Shown piece after piece: positions 1 to 12,468 of a stretch of DNA of 64,000 nucleotides (its first letter is position 1; every line of letters begins with the position of its first letter). Under the pieces are notes generated by a model, which was given only the letters and a program-made list of their open reading frames with translations, made no database searches and was not told the origin of the DNA. Source of the DNA: Takakia lepidozioides (lineage: Eukaryota; Plantae; Bryophyta); assembly GCA_030704615.1 (NCBI GenBank), contig CM060732.1, forward strand, positions 6,386,001 to 6,450,000, in the 5' to 3' direction. The position numbers were made by a program, and so were the translations under genes.

Positions 1-985
1 ATATTCAAAATGAAGTTGACAACTGACCTCTTGATAACAGCACCGGGACCATCGTGTGGGCCCTTGCCATGGCCACTGCCAAAGAAGCTCCAAATGATTT
101 TGCAACCCCCTGTGATATTTGGGTACTTGCTTACAAAGTACCACGGCTTTGAGCTTTTAAATTGAGAGGCACAACCATCAGACCAAATCCAATGCCACTT
201 GGGTGCATGACCATGACGACCCATGTGACTCCAATGCAACTTGAAACAACGTTGCACAAACTCAGAGTCATGCTTTCGGTCATCAGAAATATAGAAGTGG
301 TACTCCGTGAGAATACGCGATTCCTCATCATATGGATCAGCATCAGGGTTATGACGAAATGTAATGTGCACAAGAATACTAATTTGATAAGTATGCCAAT
401 GCATACTCTGAACCTCATTCTGAATCTCAAAGCTGTAGTTCTCAGCAAAATCCACAACAGACACTATTGTGTCTTTTGGAAATGAGTTGATGCAGGTCTT
501 GAATTGCTTGTCCTCCCACCGTGCCACAAAGTTGTGCTTCACAAAGTTATGCAACTTAGGCTTAAAGTAGTTCACAAACTCGTCAGACATAGTTTTCTTG
601 TAAGCTATTGTCAGTTTCTTCAAAGGTTTGCCAGCTTGGGACATGGTGGTTTACATAGCAAACCTCCTCCACTGAACTAGCCCAGTGCCTGATCCATCAT
701 TGTCATCAGGGCGGAATGGAAAGATCTTCAGACCACACTTCTTGCACTGCCCAAATAGACATTCACGTTTGTGCCACTCATCCTCAACCCTTTTTTGGCA
801 AACAATAGATTCCCACAATTCGGTAATTCCCTTGTAAACCTTCAACTGTGCTCCACAAGATGATTGATTAGGGTGGAAGCATAAACCAGAGCATTGGCAC
901 TTACATACCTCTTTGTCATGAAGACCAGAAGTTACCCTCATATTGTTCAGACCAATTCGAAGTTCGTTCAGCTCAACGTGGTACT
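1..985 (-). mobile_element. Sola2-like DDD DNA transposase, pseudogenised, runs off the window start
   Basis: Manual minus-strand translation continues past the TAA at 651-653: ...HKRECLFGQCKKCG...VVDFAENYSFEIQNEVQSMHWHTYQ...ISDDRKHD...WSDGCASQFK...FFGSGHGKGPHDGPGAVIKR. The DFAENY / QSxHW / SDGC-QFK / GHGKGxxDG series is characteristic of Sola2 transposases. Confidence 0.8.
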
Positions 986-1428
986 GACCGCCGGTCGCGG
1001 GAGCGCGCCAAGCTGAGAGCGACCGGACATAGCAGGTCGCAATACTGGGGCCAGCAGAGGGAGACCGGCCAGTCATGGAGTACGTGGCAGGAATCGGCCA
1101 GAGACGTTCAAGATGCATGCACAAGTATTCCAATCCTTCATTGCTTTCACAAGGAATGAACACAATTTTAAGTAAATCTGGACTAAAGTTTGGTCCAGAA
1201 ATAAGGAGAAATATCTGAATATGTATTTTTAAACCATTTAAATGAATTTAAATTGATCGTTTTAAATATAAATATAAAGATATAATAATTATTTGTCTAT
1301 TAATATATAATATGAGCAATAAAAAAACATTATGTATAAACTTAAGGAGAAAAAGCAGTTTCTATTTGGCTCATAAAGCAAGTTCCACTGTTCACTCGAC
1401 GTTTAGTAAGAGTTGCATGAGATACCAA

Positions 1429-1636
1429 CAGTCAGTAGCTCAGTTGGTGAAGTGCACTGAGTGCCACCAAGATGATTATGGGGTCTACTGACGAGTGTGG
1501 TATGTTCTTGGGTGGTGTCCCATTCCAACGCCACATGGCGGGGTTACTGTGAAAGAGGTTATACTATTAAGGGGGCCTGATTTGCAAGCTGTCGCTCCTA
1601 GGTGTTTCCATTACATTAAAAAATAAATTAAAAAAA
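1429..1636 (+). mobile_element. tRNA-derived SINE, copy 1
   Basis: A-box GTAGCTCAGTTGG at ~1435, decayed B-box, A-rich tail at 1617-1636; aligns with the minus-strand copy at 63380-63495. Confidence 0.7.
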
Positions 1637-2612
1637 CGGGTGTCGGGTGATAACTCGTCTCATGATCCGCGGCCTGATGGATGATTGGAGCACTAGTCAT
1701 ATTCGTAACCGCGACTGAGATTACGAAGGCCGTTACTATGTAACGTACAAGACAAATCAATCAAATATGTCAACAAAACATGGCACAATGACACAATACC
1801 ATGAAATGAAATGAAAGACAATGGGGAGACATTGATGATAAACAACCAGGTTTTATTTCAGAACCATGTCAATTTGAGTAAGTCTCGCCCCATGCGGCAT
1901 GGACCAATACAAGTAACGTAAACCATGTCAATTAGAGTATCAACTTCTAGAAGGAGGGCTGAACTCTGTTAGCACAAGACGATGTCGGCCGACGTACTTA
2001 TGATGAGAATATTTTGAGGAAAGTCATTTCCCAAAATCACGATATTTTGACAAGGTTGGAGGGACCATTTTCAAATCTGTATTCTTCCGTTGTTCCGAAG
2101 GTTGATGGAAGAAGTACATGAAATGTTGTCTCGAGAATCGTTGATATGGTGATGACCTCACAAAAAATATCCTCCAATATTACACCAACAAACAATGTCT
2201 TGTGCGACCGAAGTTCAGCTGTACTTCTCGAAGAATTGGTGGTCTTGCAGACTTTCAGTGAATCGCGAAGATGATGAATTACTCGTATGCTCTTCAAAAC
2301 ATAATGTCTAAGTAACTGACCCTGGAGTAAGATGCTGAAAGTATCCAATTGGGGAGTAAGTATGTTGCTCGTATGCTTCTGGAGAGTGGCTCGGTGGCGA
2401 GTACGTTGATGGAGAGAGTGACGTTTTCTGCAAAATCTTCAAAGGAAATAATGTCGGGTGACCAGTCGAGGTTCATCTGTGACGGGCTGTGGTACTTCTG
2501 ACGATTTACTGTAAAGCACTCGTAAACTAATCACCAACTAAATAATCTCTAACTGACTAACCACCAACTAACTGATTGGAGCTGTCACAAGCAATGTCAA
2601 AAATCCTATTTA

Positions 2613-3034
2613 CTGCTAGGTGTTTGATGCTATTGTTGTTCCTATAGCTGAATTGTATAATAGTCGTTTTGTTATTCCCATGCGAACAATATCAGCCCCT
2701 AGAGACTGTCATATTCAGACTCCCAAATCAGCTACGGCCCACCATCATTGACCAATATAAAACCATCAGCTGCATGTCAGCTGACAACCAGATCTTCGAT
2801 TCATTGTATACGACTCCAGAGAAACACCCTAGCCCACAAGTAGTTGGCCAGCAGCTTGAGATATTTCTCCGGGCTGTGATTGAATGAACTGGAGATTTCA
2901 TTCTTAGCTGATGGTTTCATGTAGGTGGTGCCTAATTCCGATTTCGGAATATGGCAGTCTCAGTGGACCTGATATTGTTGGAATGGGAATAGCAAAAAGA
3001 CTCCTATAGAAATCAGCTACGTGAATTTACGCAG
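2613..3034. mobile_element. Fold-back MITE, possibly Tc1/mariner type (TA flanks)
   Basis: 2645-2770 is an imperfect reverse complement of 2905-3020; the termini read TA|CTGC...GCAG|TA. Confidence 0.5.
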
Positions 3035-3112
3035 TATTAAGCACCTTGAAGTACATATGATTGTTGAGATTGTTTGCACAGATTGTTAGCGACGGTGTTC
3101 CTCCTTTGGCGT

Positions 3113-3395
3113 CCACCCTCCTTGATCGGCAACTGGTGATATCCGGATCGTAAATCCAAAGTGTTAAAGACCTTGGCATGCCCAATGGCAACAAAGATCT
3201 CCTCTGGTGTTGGAATGACATACCTATCGGACTTGGTCTGACGATTTACAGGCCGGTAATCACCGCACATACGTCTCTCCGTCCAATTGCCATAGACATC
3301 CTTCTTGGCTGGCATCACTGTGGCTGAAGCATACTCTCCTCCAGATAGCTCCACCAAACCAACCTCTGGGAGGTCCTGAGTCCTCATCTGAATCA
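3113..3395 (-). mobile_element. Ty3/gypsy RT fragment, inverted relative to the adjacent RNase H-integrase
   Basis: EYASATVMPAKKDVYGNWTERRMCGDYRPVNRQTKSDRY...TLDLRSGYHQL (N-terminal RT motifs). Confidence 0.9.
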
Positions 3396-5072
3396 AGGAT
3401 GATGAGGGAAGAGAGTTCGTAGTGGCTTATGCTAGCTGCTCGAACAACGCTGCAGAGATTAAGTGTAGCTCATATGAGGGAGAGTGCTTAGCTGCAGTGT
3501 GGGCCATGGCACACTTCATGTGCTATCTATACGGCAATCTCTTCACCCTTGTCACGGATCACTAGCCACTCAAGTGGTTGATGGAGTCAGACAAGCTTAC
3601 GGGGAAGCTTGCATGGTGGGCACTCATACTTCAAGAGTATGACTTTCAGATTGTGCATCGACCGGGTTTGGTCAATCGGGATGCGGATGGGTTGAGTCGC
3701 AATCCATGCACGAGCCAGCAGGATGACACTGGAGCTCGGTGGCATGGTGAGACGGACGAGGAGATGGTGCCCGGATGGCATGCATCTGCATTTCTATGTA
3801 TCTTGGCAGCGGAAGGCCAGGTTGGATCTACAACAGGGATGACTGTAGACCGAGTGTCTGAGGATCTTGAGGCCAGCAATGAGCAAGGTGGCGCCAAAGA
3901 TATACATGAGGATTCAGCTGTGTTGGACTATCTCCGCACTAGAGACACGGCAGCCACTGTGACTGCCAAGGAGAGGGATCGGATCCTACAACGAGCCAAG
4001 AGGTTCAAGTGGGAGGGGACACACCTGCTCCGAGTGTGGGAGGATGGTCGAGTGAGGATTGTGCCTCACCCAACACAGTGGGCACGGTTAGTGCGGCATG
4101 CCCATGAGGAGTTGGGGCATTTTGGGGTGCGACGCACTCATAGTCTACTGTAGAGGCAGTATTGGTGGCGTGGTATGCACATAGAGGTGCAACAATTTGT
4201 GGCTAGGTGCATGGTGTGTGACAGGGTGCGTGCTTCATTCAACGCCCCTACACCACAATTGCACCATATTCCGATCATGGGATTGGGCTACAGGTGGAGT
4301 CTTGACTTCGTAGGGCCGTTGCCACTGACCATGCGCCACAACAAGTACGTGTTGGTGATGGTGGAGCACTTCTCTAAGTGGATCGAGTTGGTTCCATTGT
4401 CTGATAAGGCTAGTGAGGGAGCTACGTAAGCATTCTTGGATCGTGTACTTAGCTAATTCGGTGCTCCAGCTGAGGTACTCACGGATCAAAGGAGAGAGAG
4501 TTATTAAGGGAGTTTCAGGCGTTGTCTGACAAGGTCTTGATAGACCACCGCACCACTTCTCGGGATCATCCTGAGGCCGATGGCTTGGCAGAGAGAGTTG
4601 TGCAAACAGTTAAGAGAGGATTGCGCAAGTATGGTTTGCAGAAGGGGCACCTAGGAGATTGGGACCTTCAGCTATCTTGGTTGGCCATGAGCTACACGTT
4701 TAGCAAGCAAGCATCACTTGCCTCGTTCTCACCTTATTTCCTTCTCTTTGACCGAGAGCCAGATTTGCCTACATCTATTCACAGGGAGGCTGCAATAGTT
4801 CTCAATCTTGATGATCCGGACGTGTGGGCACGTGCATGTGGTCAACGCGCGGAGTTGTTTAAGAAAGTCATGCCCATGGCTTTCGAAAACCTTGCCATTG
4901 CACAACATCGTGATACGTTGAGGTATGCTACCATACGTGGTGGGGGCTATCATCCTAGGGTTCGGAGATTTCACCCTGGTGACTATGTTTATCTGCAGAA
5001 AACTGCTCCAACGACCTTGGATGTGACTGCAGGACGTGTTATTTTGAGGGTTCGAGAGGTATTGCCCTCAGG
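3396..5072 (+). mobile_element. Ty3/gypsy RNase H and integrase, degenerate
   Basis: VVAYAS...YEGECLAAVWA...WALILQEYDF...ADGLSR; HHCC finger (HEELGHFG...CMVC); WSLDFVGP; DGLAERVVQTVKR; several in-frame stops. Confidence 0.92.
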
Positions 5073-5623
5073 CTTGAGAAGGAAGAAATCGTCGACGTCG
5101 ATGTTCTCAAAAGACTTGAGAAGAAGACAAGATTTAGGATGGTTCAGCAAACACTTCAAAGCCGTATCATCAATCAGCAGAGTGTTACTCTGATTGTAAA
5201 AACCTTCAAAACTCTGCCATACTTTAAGGAGTGGTTTCAAGAACACAGGAGGTTGATCTTGTCCCGTTCGGTAATTTGGGTGCAGATTGCTTGGGCAAAT
5301 GATACAATCCTCCTGCGACTTGATGAACGCTGGCCGTGGAAGACCACGTAGAGCAAATCCAGAACGACAATTAAGTTTTTAAGCACCATGCAACTCCAGA
5401 TACCTAAAACGAAGTGCTTGTGTAACTCTTGCCAAACTTCCCGGTACATCTTCCGTCTAAAGATTTGCCGATACCCAACAATAGCAAGAATGCTGTAATC
5501 AGATTCCGAAAAGCGTGGAACAGGTCATGGGCTCTGGCGCTTCGTTATTTTGCATAGCACTCCATTAACGTCAAAAATTATCAAGCGAGGTCCCCTCAAA
5601 GGTGGAGATCTAGGCTGTCGGAT
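5073..5623 (-). pseudogene. FCP1/NIF-like HAD phosphatase domain, N-terminal part (inside the inverted block)
   Basis: After an AG acceptor at 5624-5625: RLIIFDVNGVLC...HFVLGIWSC...SQEDC...PVFLKPLLKVW...NTLLIDDTALKCLLNHP. One stop and one frameshift. Confidence 0.75.
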
Positions 5624-5759
5624 CTGTGAAGGAGTGATAAAGACAATTAAGTAAATCAAAAAAAGAAGAATCCCAAGAACAGATAAGGAACTCAATGACC
5701 TCAGAATCCCAATACATTTTCAAAACTAATCACTTTAATATCCCATGTTCCACTTCCAG

Positions 5760-6445
5760 GGCCTCTAGGTACTTTAGATGTGCATCCTATTCCTCCTTGT
5801 TCTTAGGCCATGGAAAGTCCTAGCGATTAATGAATTTCACTCTAGCATCCTTGTCGTGCGCATACGTATCGCTACACAACTACATCGTTGTCCAAACCAC
5901 ACCACACATATATGCACAATAAAATAGTCTGCCACAATCGCCCCCCCTAGCTGGTGGTTAGGTCCCTCTAACTCCAGATAGCTACAAGATGTAATAGCCA
6001 CAGCCGTACTAAGTCCTCTATCACTGTCCCTATTGTACTCAAACTCTATAGACCAAGAGGTCGGGTACAAGAGTAGCCCCATCATTAGTCGTCGTCTTGC
6101 AATCTGTGAACTTGAGCCAGGATCTCATGTGTTGGTCTCCTAGTAGCTTGGCCTTGCATTTCTTGTTAGCCTTCCATGGTTGTATCCACTCCCACTATCC
6201 AATGCAATGCGGACATAACCAATCCCCATCAGGAACCATCTCAAGAGGTGGAGTCAAGCATCCCATATACCAACCTCTAGAGCATTGATCACACACCAGC
6301 ATGGTGGCTGCCCCTCTAGCAGACCCACACAACATGCACCTCAAACTTGCAGGTACCACTGCCAGGTTTGGGTCAATCCTGCCATCGACATTCGGAAGGT
6401 GACATGGCGCATAATTACGCACATGGTCCTTCCAAGTCATGCCAT
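5760..6445 (-). mobile_element. Integrase C-terminus with PHD finger, polypurine tract and start of 3' LTR (inverted block)
   Basis: WKDHVRN.APCHLP...CMLC...CDQCSRGWYMGCLTPPL...WLCPHC (C4HC3-type, His replaced by Tyr). PPT AGGGGGGGCGAT at 5937-5948, followed by LTR start TGTGGC at 5936. LTR 3' limit is uncertain. Confidence 0.8.
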
Positions 6446-8250
6446 AACTTAGAGATTTCTTGCTTAGCTTCTTGAAATTTGAGAACGTCTCAAGCTTCTT
6501 GAAAGCAAAGATAATAGGATTTCCACCTTTGAAAGTTAACGATCCACAGTTCAAGCCTCTTCTTGACTATATTGACAATTCACAATATCGTGATTTCCGA
6601 GTAAATGATATATTCGCGTCCTACTATGGACGCAGTTTACTATTTAAAATTGATTGTGAAGAATATGGAATTTCAGTCTTCTTCTGATATTCTTTTGTTT
6701 TGCATGGAAATTGTTATATTGCCAAACCATATGTAATGGTCAATGGATTTGTTGTTGCTTTATGTCCGTCGATTTCTTTTCGGACCCACGCGTGGTCACG
6801 CGTTCTTCCAACTCAACTTTGTTGACATATATTTCATTTGTAGGTATGCCCATATCAAAATGTTCTCCATGCCACAAATGCATCTCAAATTGGCGAAACA
6901 ATATCGTCTGGTATTGTTGACGATGTAGAAATGATCAGGCCAGAAGCTTTCCAAGGACCTGACAACTTGTTGTCTACTCAGGCATCCATTGCTGTTATGG
7001 AGAGTGTTTCGAGGCTCAAAATGTCCAAAGGTGAATCCACAGTTAGCAGGGTCGATGATTTAACTGGGGTTGACTGCGTAGTGGAGAGTGACTCTCAATA
7101 TCTTGGGGAATCCTCCTTGGAGCCGTCCTTCTCCCAACACTTTCCACCAGACGCCTTCATGGGGGATCTACATGAGTCTACCGAACAATTGGTTGCAACT
7201 ATCGTTCAATTGCCTCCTCATCATGTCGTAATTCCAAGTGGGTCACCGGATCACGAGGGCTAGACACCTCATCTGCTGAGAAGTCATGTGATTTATTTCT
7301 ATTTCATCCATGCATTTTATTGTTACCGTGTTTCTGTTCATCCTCTGATTTTCTCTCTTTACTCCATGCCAGAAAAGCTGTAACGTTGTGAAGTGGCAAC
7401 TTCTGTGGGGTTGTATTCCAAGGTAATCATTTTTTTTTCCGTTTGAATTCAGAACAGGATGTGCAGAAAGAAAGAAACCGAATTCCATTGCCAACCGTCA
7501 GCGATAAGGTTATTGAACTCACTCATTCGTCGACTGAGGTCAGCACACCGACAAGACCGGCAAATATTTCTGCACATCCCCAACCCCCCATAATTCCGGA
7601 TGGTCCTGTGTCAAGGAAACGTCGCAGATCACAGCAGTCAACGGCGGTCGTGTCCGACGATGAAAAAACAGCATCTGGCGTTCTGTTATCCCTTCAACAT
7701 TCACCTGCCTCCAATGGTAACCCGCCTCAGAATCGGAGGGTAAATCTAGCAAAGGTAATAAGTATCTCCTTTATTTGGTCCTCTGTCTTATTGGTTATGG
7801 CTTCTTAGTAATCATTACATATATCATTTACATTGTCGACACAACTTTCACAAAGTAACCTCGCGCGATCGCGCGTGGTTGCAAGAAACACAAAGACTCC
7901 CGATTGTGATTTTTTGTCTCAAGTCTCAATTGGATGTCGTAACGCTGAAAATATTACCTTAGCAAAATATTCCATTTGAAAATCAGGATATAGAAACGAG
8001 GTAAACCACAAAACGCAAGTATGTCGCGGCATTTTTTGAGTTGCAAAATGTGTTGGAAATACCTAATTTTTGGGTCAGATAACAGAAACTAAATGGCTCT
8101 TTTGGATGGTTCAGAATGTTGTTACTCAAGAAATGTGTGGTGTCCGGAAACACAAACGCATGTTGCTGGTACTGAGTGTCAATGGACTTCTTTGCTACAG
8201 GCCACTTCCTACCGGAGGTGAGTTGCTTAAACAGAGGTTCCACTTGAGGA
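6446..8250 (+). pseudogene. Continuation of the NIF-like gene, further exon-like segments and the start of a second degenerate NIF-like domain
   Basis: LRDFLLSFLKFENVSSFLKAKIIGFPPL resembles the C-terminus of plant NIF domains. Low-complexity ORFs at 6931-7263 and 7443-7754 include an NLS-like RKRRR. RMLLVLSVNGLLCY at ~8157-8200 repeats NIF motif I. Confidence 0.55.
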
Positions 8251-8329
8251 AAATAACATCTCAGTAGATGGTTTCTACCTCAAAACATGTAGCAAGCTCC
8301 CTTCTTATCTCAAGAGCCATATCCACATT

Positions 8330-8840
8330 GATAGCATATGCAACTCAGACCATTACCCTGTCTCCGTCTCCCTACCCCCTTTTGTTATCCCCACCCGACG
8401 TCCCATCCCATCTATACAGCCCCCAGCCCCCCAACTTAGGATCCTATCACCACTACCTCAACGCAACATCACCGCATTCCAATACCACTTCCAGCCAGCT
8501 GCCGCCTCAGCCTCTATACAACATCTATCCCACACTCTCTCTGATACGAACATGTCACGAGTCCTCGATTCTACTTGGTTTGAAGCAAAGCTCACCCTTT
8601 AATCCATATACAAGAAATGACAAAAAGTGTTCTAGCCACATGCTCTGCCCCCCCCTGACGTTCCCCAAACCACACGCTCTAAACAAAATGGTGGTTACCT
8701 CACTCGGACACAAAAACGCGAATGGACCTCCCACCTCAACATCTATCATACCATCCGTCGTGCTCTCACTGTTATACCCAACTCATCCACAACCTCACTA
8801 CACAATGACTGGAGGTCGGACTCCCTCATCACCTGCTTGA
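8330..8840 (+). mobile_element. Probable LINE ORF2 internal fragment
   Basis: C/A-rich; an alternative frame gives LPPPDVPQTTRSKQNGGYLTRTQKREW...YHTIRRA, which resembles EN-RT linker regions from memory. No catalytic motif is present. Confidence 0.3.
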
Positions 8841-8899
8841 ACACCCTAACTGTATGTCAGCCACTTATGCCCCCCCCTAGCGACACATCCACTTTGTGT

Positions 8900-10585
8900 G
8901 CGATGACGGCATGGAGTAAGGGATGAAGGGGTGGACAGCTCAACATGATCAGGAAGGCAAGCTGAAATATCTAAGGGTAAAGAAAGGTATTTAAGGGCTA
9001 TGCGATGATGATGGTCCTCTTCTTCTTGGTGACTGAGATGTAGGATGCATTTAGGGGTGATGTTAGATAGAAAGATCATGTCTTATGATAGAATCAGAAC
9101 TGGAAAACTGGGAGTTTATGAATGAAGCTTGACAAATGAAGTTCACCCCATGAAAGTGCGATTGTACTGAGGTCTTTGTTTTCTCTCCTGATAGATTGAT
9201 GGATACACCTTTTTGATCCCATAAACCCCTAGGCTTCCACTGCCCCATCGTGACAAATGTACCCTCTAAATCCTTAAACTGAATCCAGGTTAACAGCCGA
9301 CTTAGTATCTCCCCATCAAGCACCGATCGTAAAAAGAGGTTATCGGAGTCACCGCCCCATTCCCCTTGATGTCATATGTGCAGACAGACACATGCCAAAA
9401 CAAAGTCATAGCTCGACGAGCTATAAAAGCTCATACTTGAACAAAATTGCGATGAGCAAGGGACATATGAACTTTTTCATCCACTGTCTGAACTTATTCA
9501 TCCTTAGTTCCCAAAAATTCTTTCTCTGCAGACCCAGAGCTCCGAAACAAACTAATGAGGTTTTTTTTCATTCCAATCGAGGTCGCATGCAAGTTGTCAA
9601 AATTTGGCAGCGTAGACAGAAGTAGGACGTGTTCCTTGACGTATGTTTCACATCTTTGTCTCTGCAACGAGTTTTCCCTATCATTCTCTCCGAACGTTGC
9701 GGTGAACTCAGACACGAATGCTTCAAAATTATTTAATAAATGCGATTTTCTAAAAAATAGAGGTGGGAACCAAGATAGAGCCGTGCCTAATAGAAGGGTG
9801 CCCACGAATCCTACTTGGATACCTTCATTGAAGTAACGTTGTGGATGTAGTCGGAGAAACAATTGTACTTATTGAACAAACCTGGGAAATTTGGATATCG
9901 TCCCATCAATTTTTTCGGGCATGCTGACCTTTGGTTCTCTCGTAATTTGTTGATAATGTGGAGGAACATTGTAGTGGGAACTCATATGGGTGAAGATTCA
10001 TTGTTAGACTCATTTAACTCTAAAATTTGTTGTTGCAAATTGTCCAGAGCGTTGCCGAGATCTTGAGATTGATCGGCTTGCACTTGGGCAGTAGAGCTGC
10101 GAACTTCTTGCATTTGGAGCTGAAGACTCTGCATGGTGGCAACCACTTCCACAAATGTGTCTTTTCATCTTGACTAACTAGAGAACAACTTAGTCTCGCC
10201 AAATTGTCAAGGACAAAGGAATAACCAACTCGAATACAACGAACAAAACTAGACTGCCTGCAATGAGACTGATGTGGTCCGAATAAGACACGATGCATGA
10301 GCAATAATCAATGATGAAGTCTATGACAGTAGTACATGACCAAGGCGATGCGTAGAGTCTACATTGTATCTCAAGACTTGTGTTGGTGAGACTGAGGTGC
10401 TCCCAGTCTTGCCTCCTATATATATACTAGGTTACCTAGAAACATTTTTAGATATTTTCCCCAACTGAAGGTTGTTTTTTAGAAGCTTCTCCAGCTAAGG
10501 GATGTTTCTTACGAGACTTCATCCGCTATGGAGCCTTCTAGATGGTTTGGATTTCTGGAAGGTTTCGATGATACTACGTCTAACA
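8900..10585 (-). mobile_element. Truncated Ty3/gypsy (chromovirus/Tcn1-like): 5' LTR 10205-10585 plus degenerate gag
   Basis: LTR TGTTAG...TTGACA with TATATA box, followed by ATTTGGCGAG. Gag reads MPEK.DG...FLRLHPQRY...VGFVGTLLLGTALSWF, with zinc-knuckle remnants near 9370-9400. Confidence 0.75.
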
Positions 10586-11221
10586 ATAGTATTTGGATGT
10601 TGTGATCAAGTATCTAGAGGCTCTTTTGAGTACAGTACCTCCTAACAAATGGTCGTGGATTCATAGTTTCATAGGTATGTTTAATGTCACCCATTATACC
10701 ATTATAGCCAACCCAACTATGGAAAGGGGGTGACAAGTTACTAAATGGATTTTTGAGTTTTTGGGATGGTTTGGGCAATTGCGTTGTTCCTGTTATGTTA
10801 ATTGCGTGTGATATCTGAAATGACGTTAGGCTGGTTTCCGGCATCTCAAATCTTCCCACCCCCTCTTGCAGGTTAGAACGAGATGACACTAAAATGGGGT
10901 CACACCGGGGTGATGGGGTGGCACGGAAGGGAGTGAAACTCCACCTGGTGTAACTCCCACTTGGAATTACATCTGGTCTTGATACTTAATTAAGTCCAAA
11001 TTTGGTTAAATATAAAATGTATTAGGAGGAGTTACACAAGACAGGGGGTGACACGAACCATATAAGCCGATGGTGATAGTGGAAATCAACATTCAAATCC
11101 CTTCATAGAGAGAAAGAGAGAGAGAAACGACTTCGGCCATAGCCACCATAACTAAGAGCTACTTTGCCTTGCGGTTAATGCCTTCTTTCAGGGGTGGGAC
11201 TCCCTTCGTGTAATCTTCTTC

Positions 11222-11550
11222 TCATATTTTGTCATCGTCCAAATTACCATTATTATTCATGTAGCCCTTGATCTTTTTGAACTCTTTCAGCATAACATCC
11301 CACTTACAATTACCACATACTTGTGTCAAGGTTTCAGATCTCACCTTTGGACGAGTGTCATAGAAAGAGGTGATATCTGTCCATGCATCTTTTCCTTCTA
11401 GAACTTCTGAGCATGACCTGCATTGTCCTTTGCATTGAACTCGGCTCGTTTGCACTCATTCAAAATTTTGTCCAGCTTGATCCTCCAATCTCTTTAGACG
11501 GTAAGTGATTTGTTTGCTCCCTCATTAATGTAGCTCCAAGTCCTCTTCCA
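11222..11550 (-). pseudogene. Myb/SANT (trihelix-like) fragment, possibly from a PIF/Harbinger element
   Basis: CGNCKWDVMLKEFKKIKGY resembles the trihelix C..KW..L..EFKKI..Y motif; adjacent GGAGTTACAC/GTGTAACTCC and GGGGTGACA repeats at 10720-11210. Confidence 0.3.
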
Positions 11551-11559
11551 TGTTGTGAC

Positions 11560-12090
11560 CAGTGTTGGACTGGTATCGTATTTTGAACACACCAGGCTGG
11601 TACTGGTATATAGGCCTCCGGCCAATTGGCAAAAATATGAGATTTGGATACCATGGTGGTATCAATAATACCTGATTGGTGTGGTGTTTTACGGGTATCA
11701 ATAGCAAGAGTTTTTAGAAATCGATACCAGGGTATTATCAATACTGGTCTGGTATAAAAAAAACTCATGATGTTAAACATTGAAAGGCCCACTTCTCATA
11801 TAAATGTATACAAAAATGCTTCTCATTGATTTTATTCCTCATAGTATTCCTCAAGTTCTTCAAAGTATTGATACCGGGTTTTCCTCACAAAAATGGATAT
11901 GGTACTGGTATCAGGTACCAGATTTTCAACCACCTACCAAACTGGTAGGGTATCGTCCATAGTATTAGGAAGCAGATACCAGGCCAATACAGGAGTGGCC
12001 TGAGGTGATACCAGACTGCTTTGGTACTTCATACCAATATACATATTAGTATTGATACCAATTTCTTACCGTTATACCAGTCCAACACTG
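11560..12090. mobile_element. hAT-type MITE
   Basis: 17-bp perfect TIR CAGTGTTGGACTGGTAT / ATACCAGTCCAACACTG; 8-bp TSD GTTGTGAC at 11552-11559 and 12091-12098; many internal GATACC/GGTATC repeats. Confidence 0.92.
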
Positions 12091-12468
12091 GTTGTGACTG
12101 CATGAGCCATTTTTTTCAAAGCCAATTTATGTGTAGGGGAAGGCCCTGCCCGCGGGCATTCCCGAACGTAAAGAACGGCTCAGAATTTTCATCCACTTTT
12201 TGCCACGTCATCTCTCAAATATGAGAGTCGTCCAATATGCAGAACGTTCCTCCAATTTGAGCCGGAGTATTTCGAGGCATATTCCTGTCAGGGAGGGACC
12301 TTCGGTCTACGTTACCCCCGCTATTTCTCAAGATCCTCAAACTCTTCCTCATAACATGTCATTTTAGACCCTTATTTTTCCAAATCCTCACTGTCCATCT
12401 CCTACCTCAAAGCCTGCATTTTCCCAAAATTTGCAAAGGAAGAGCGAGAGGAAGGAAGGGGAAAAGAG

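Noticed and set aside
1648-2588. Possible solo LTR (TGATAAC...TGTCA) with antisense ORF remnants
   Set aside because: No TSD, PBS, PPT or partner copy in the window, so it cannot be supported.
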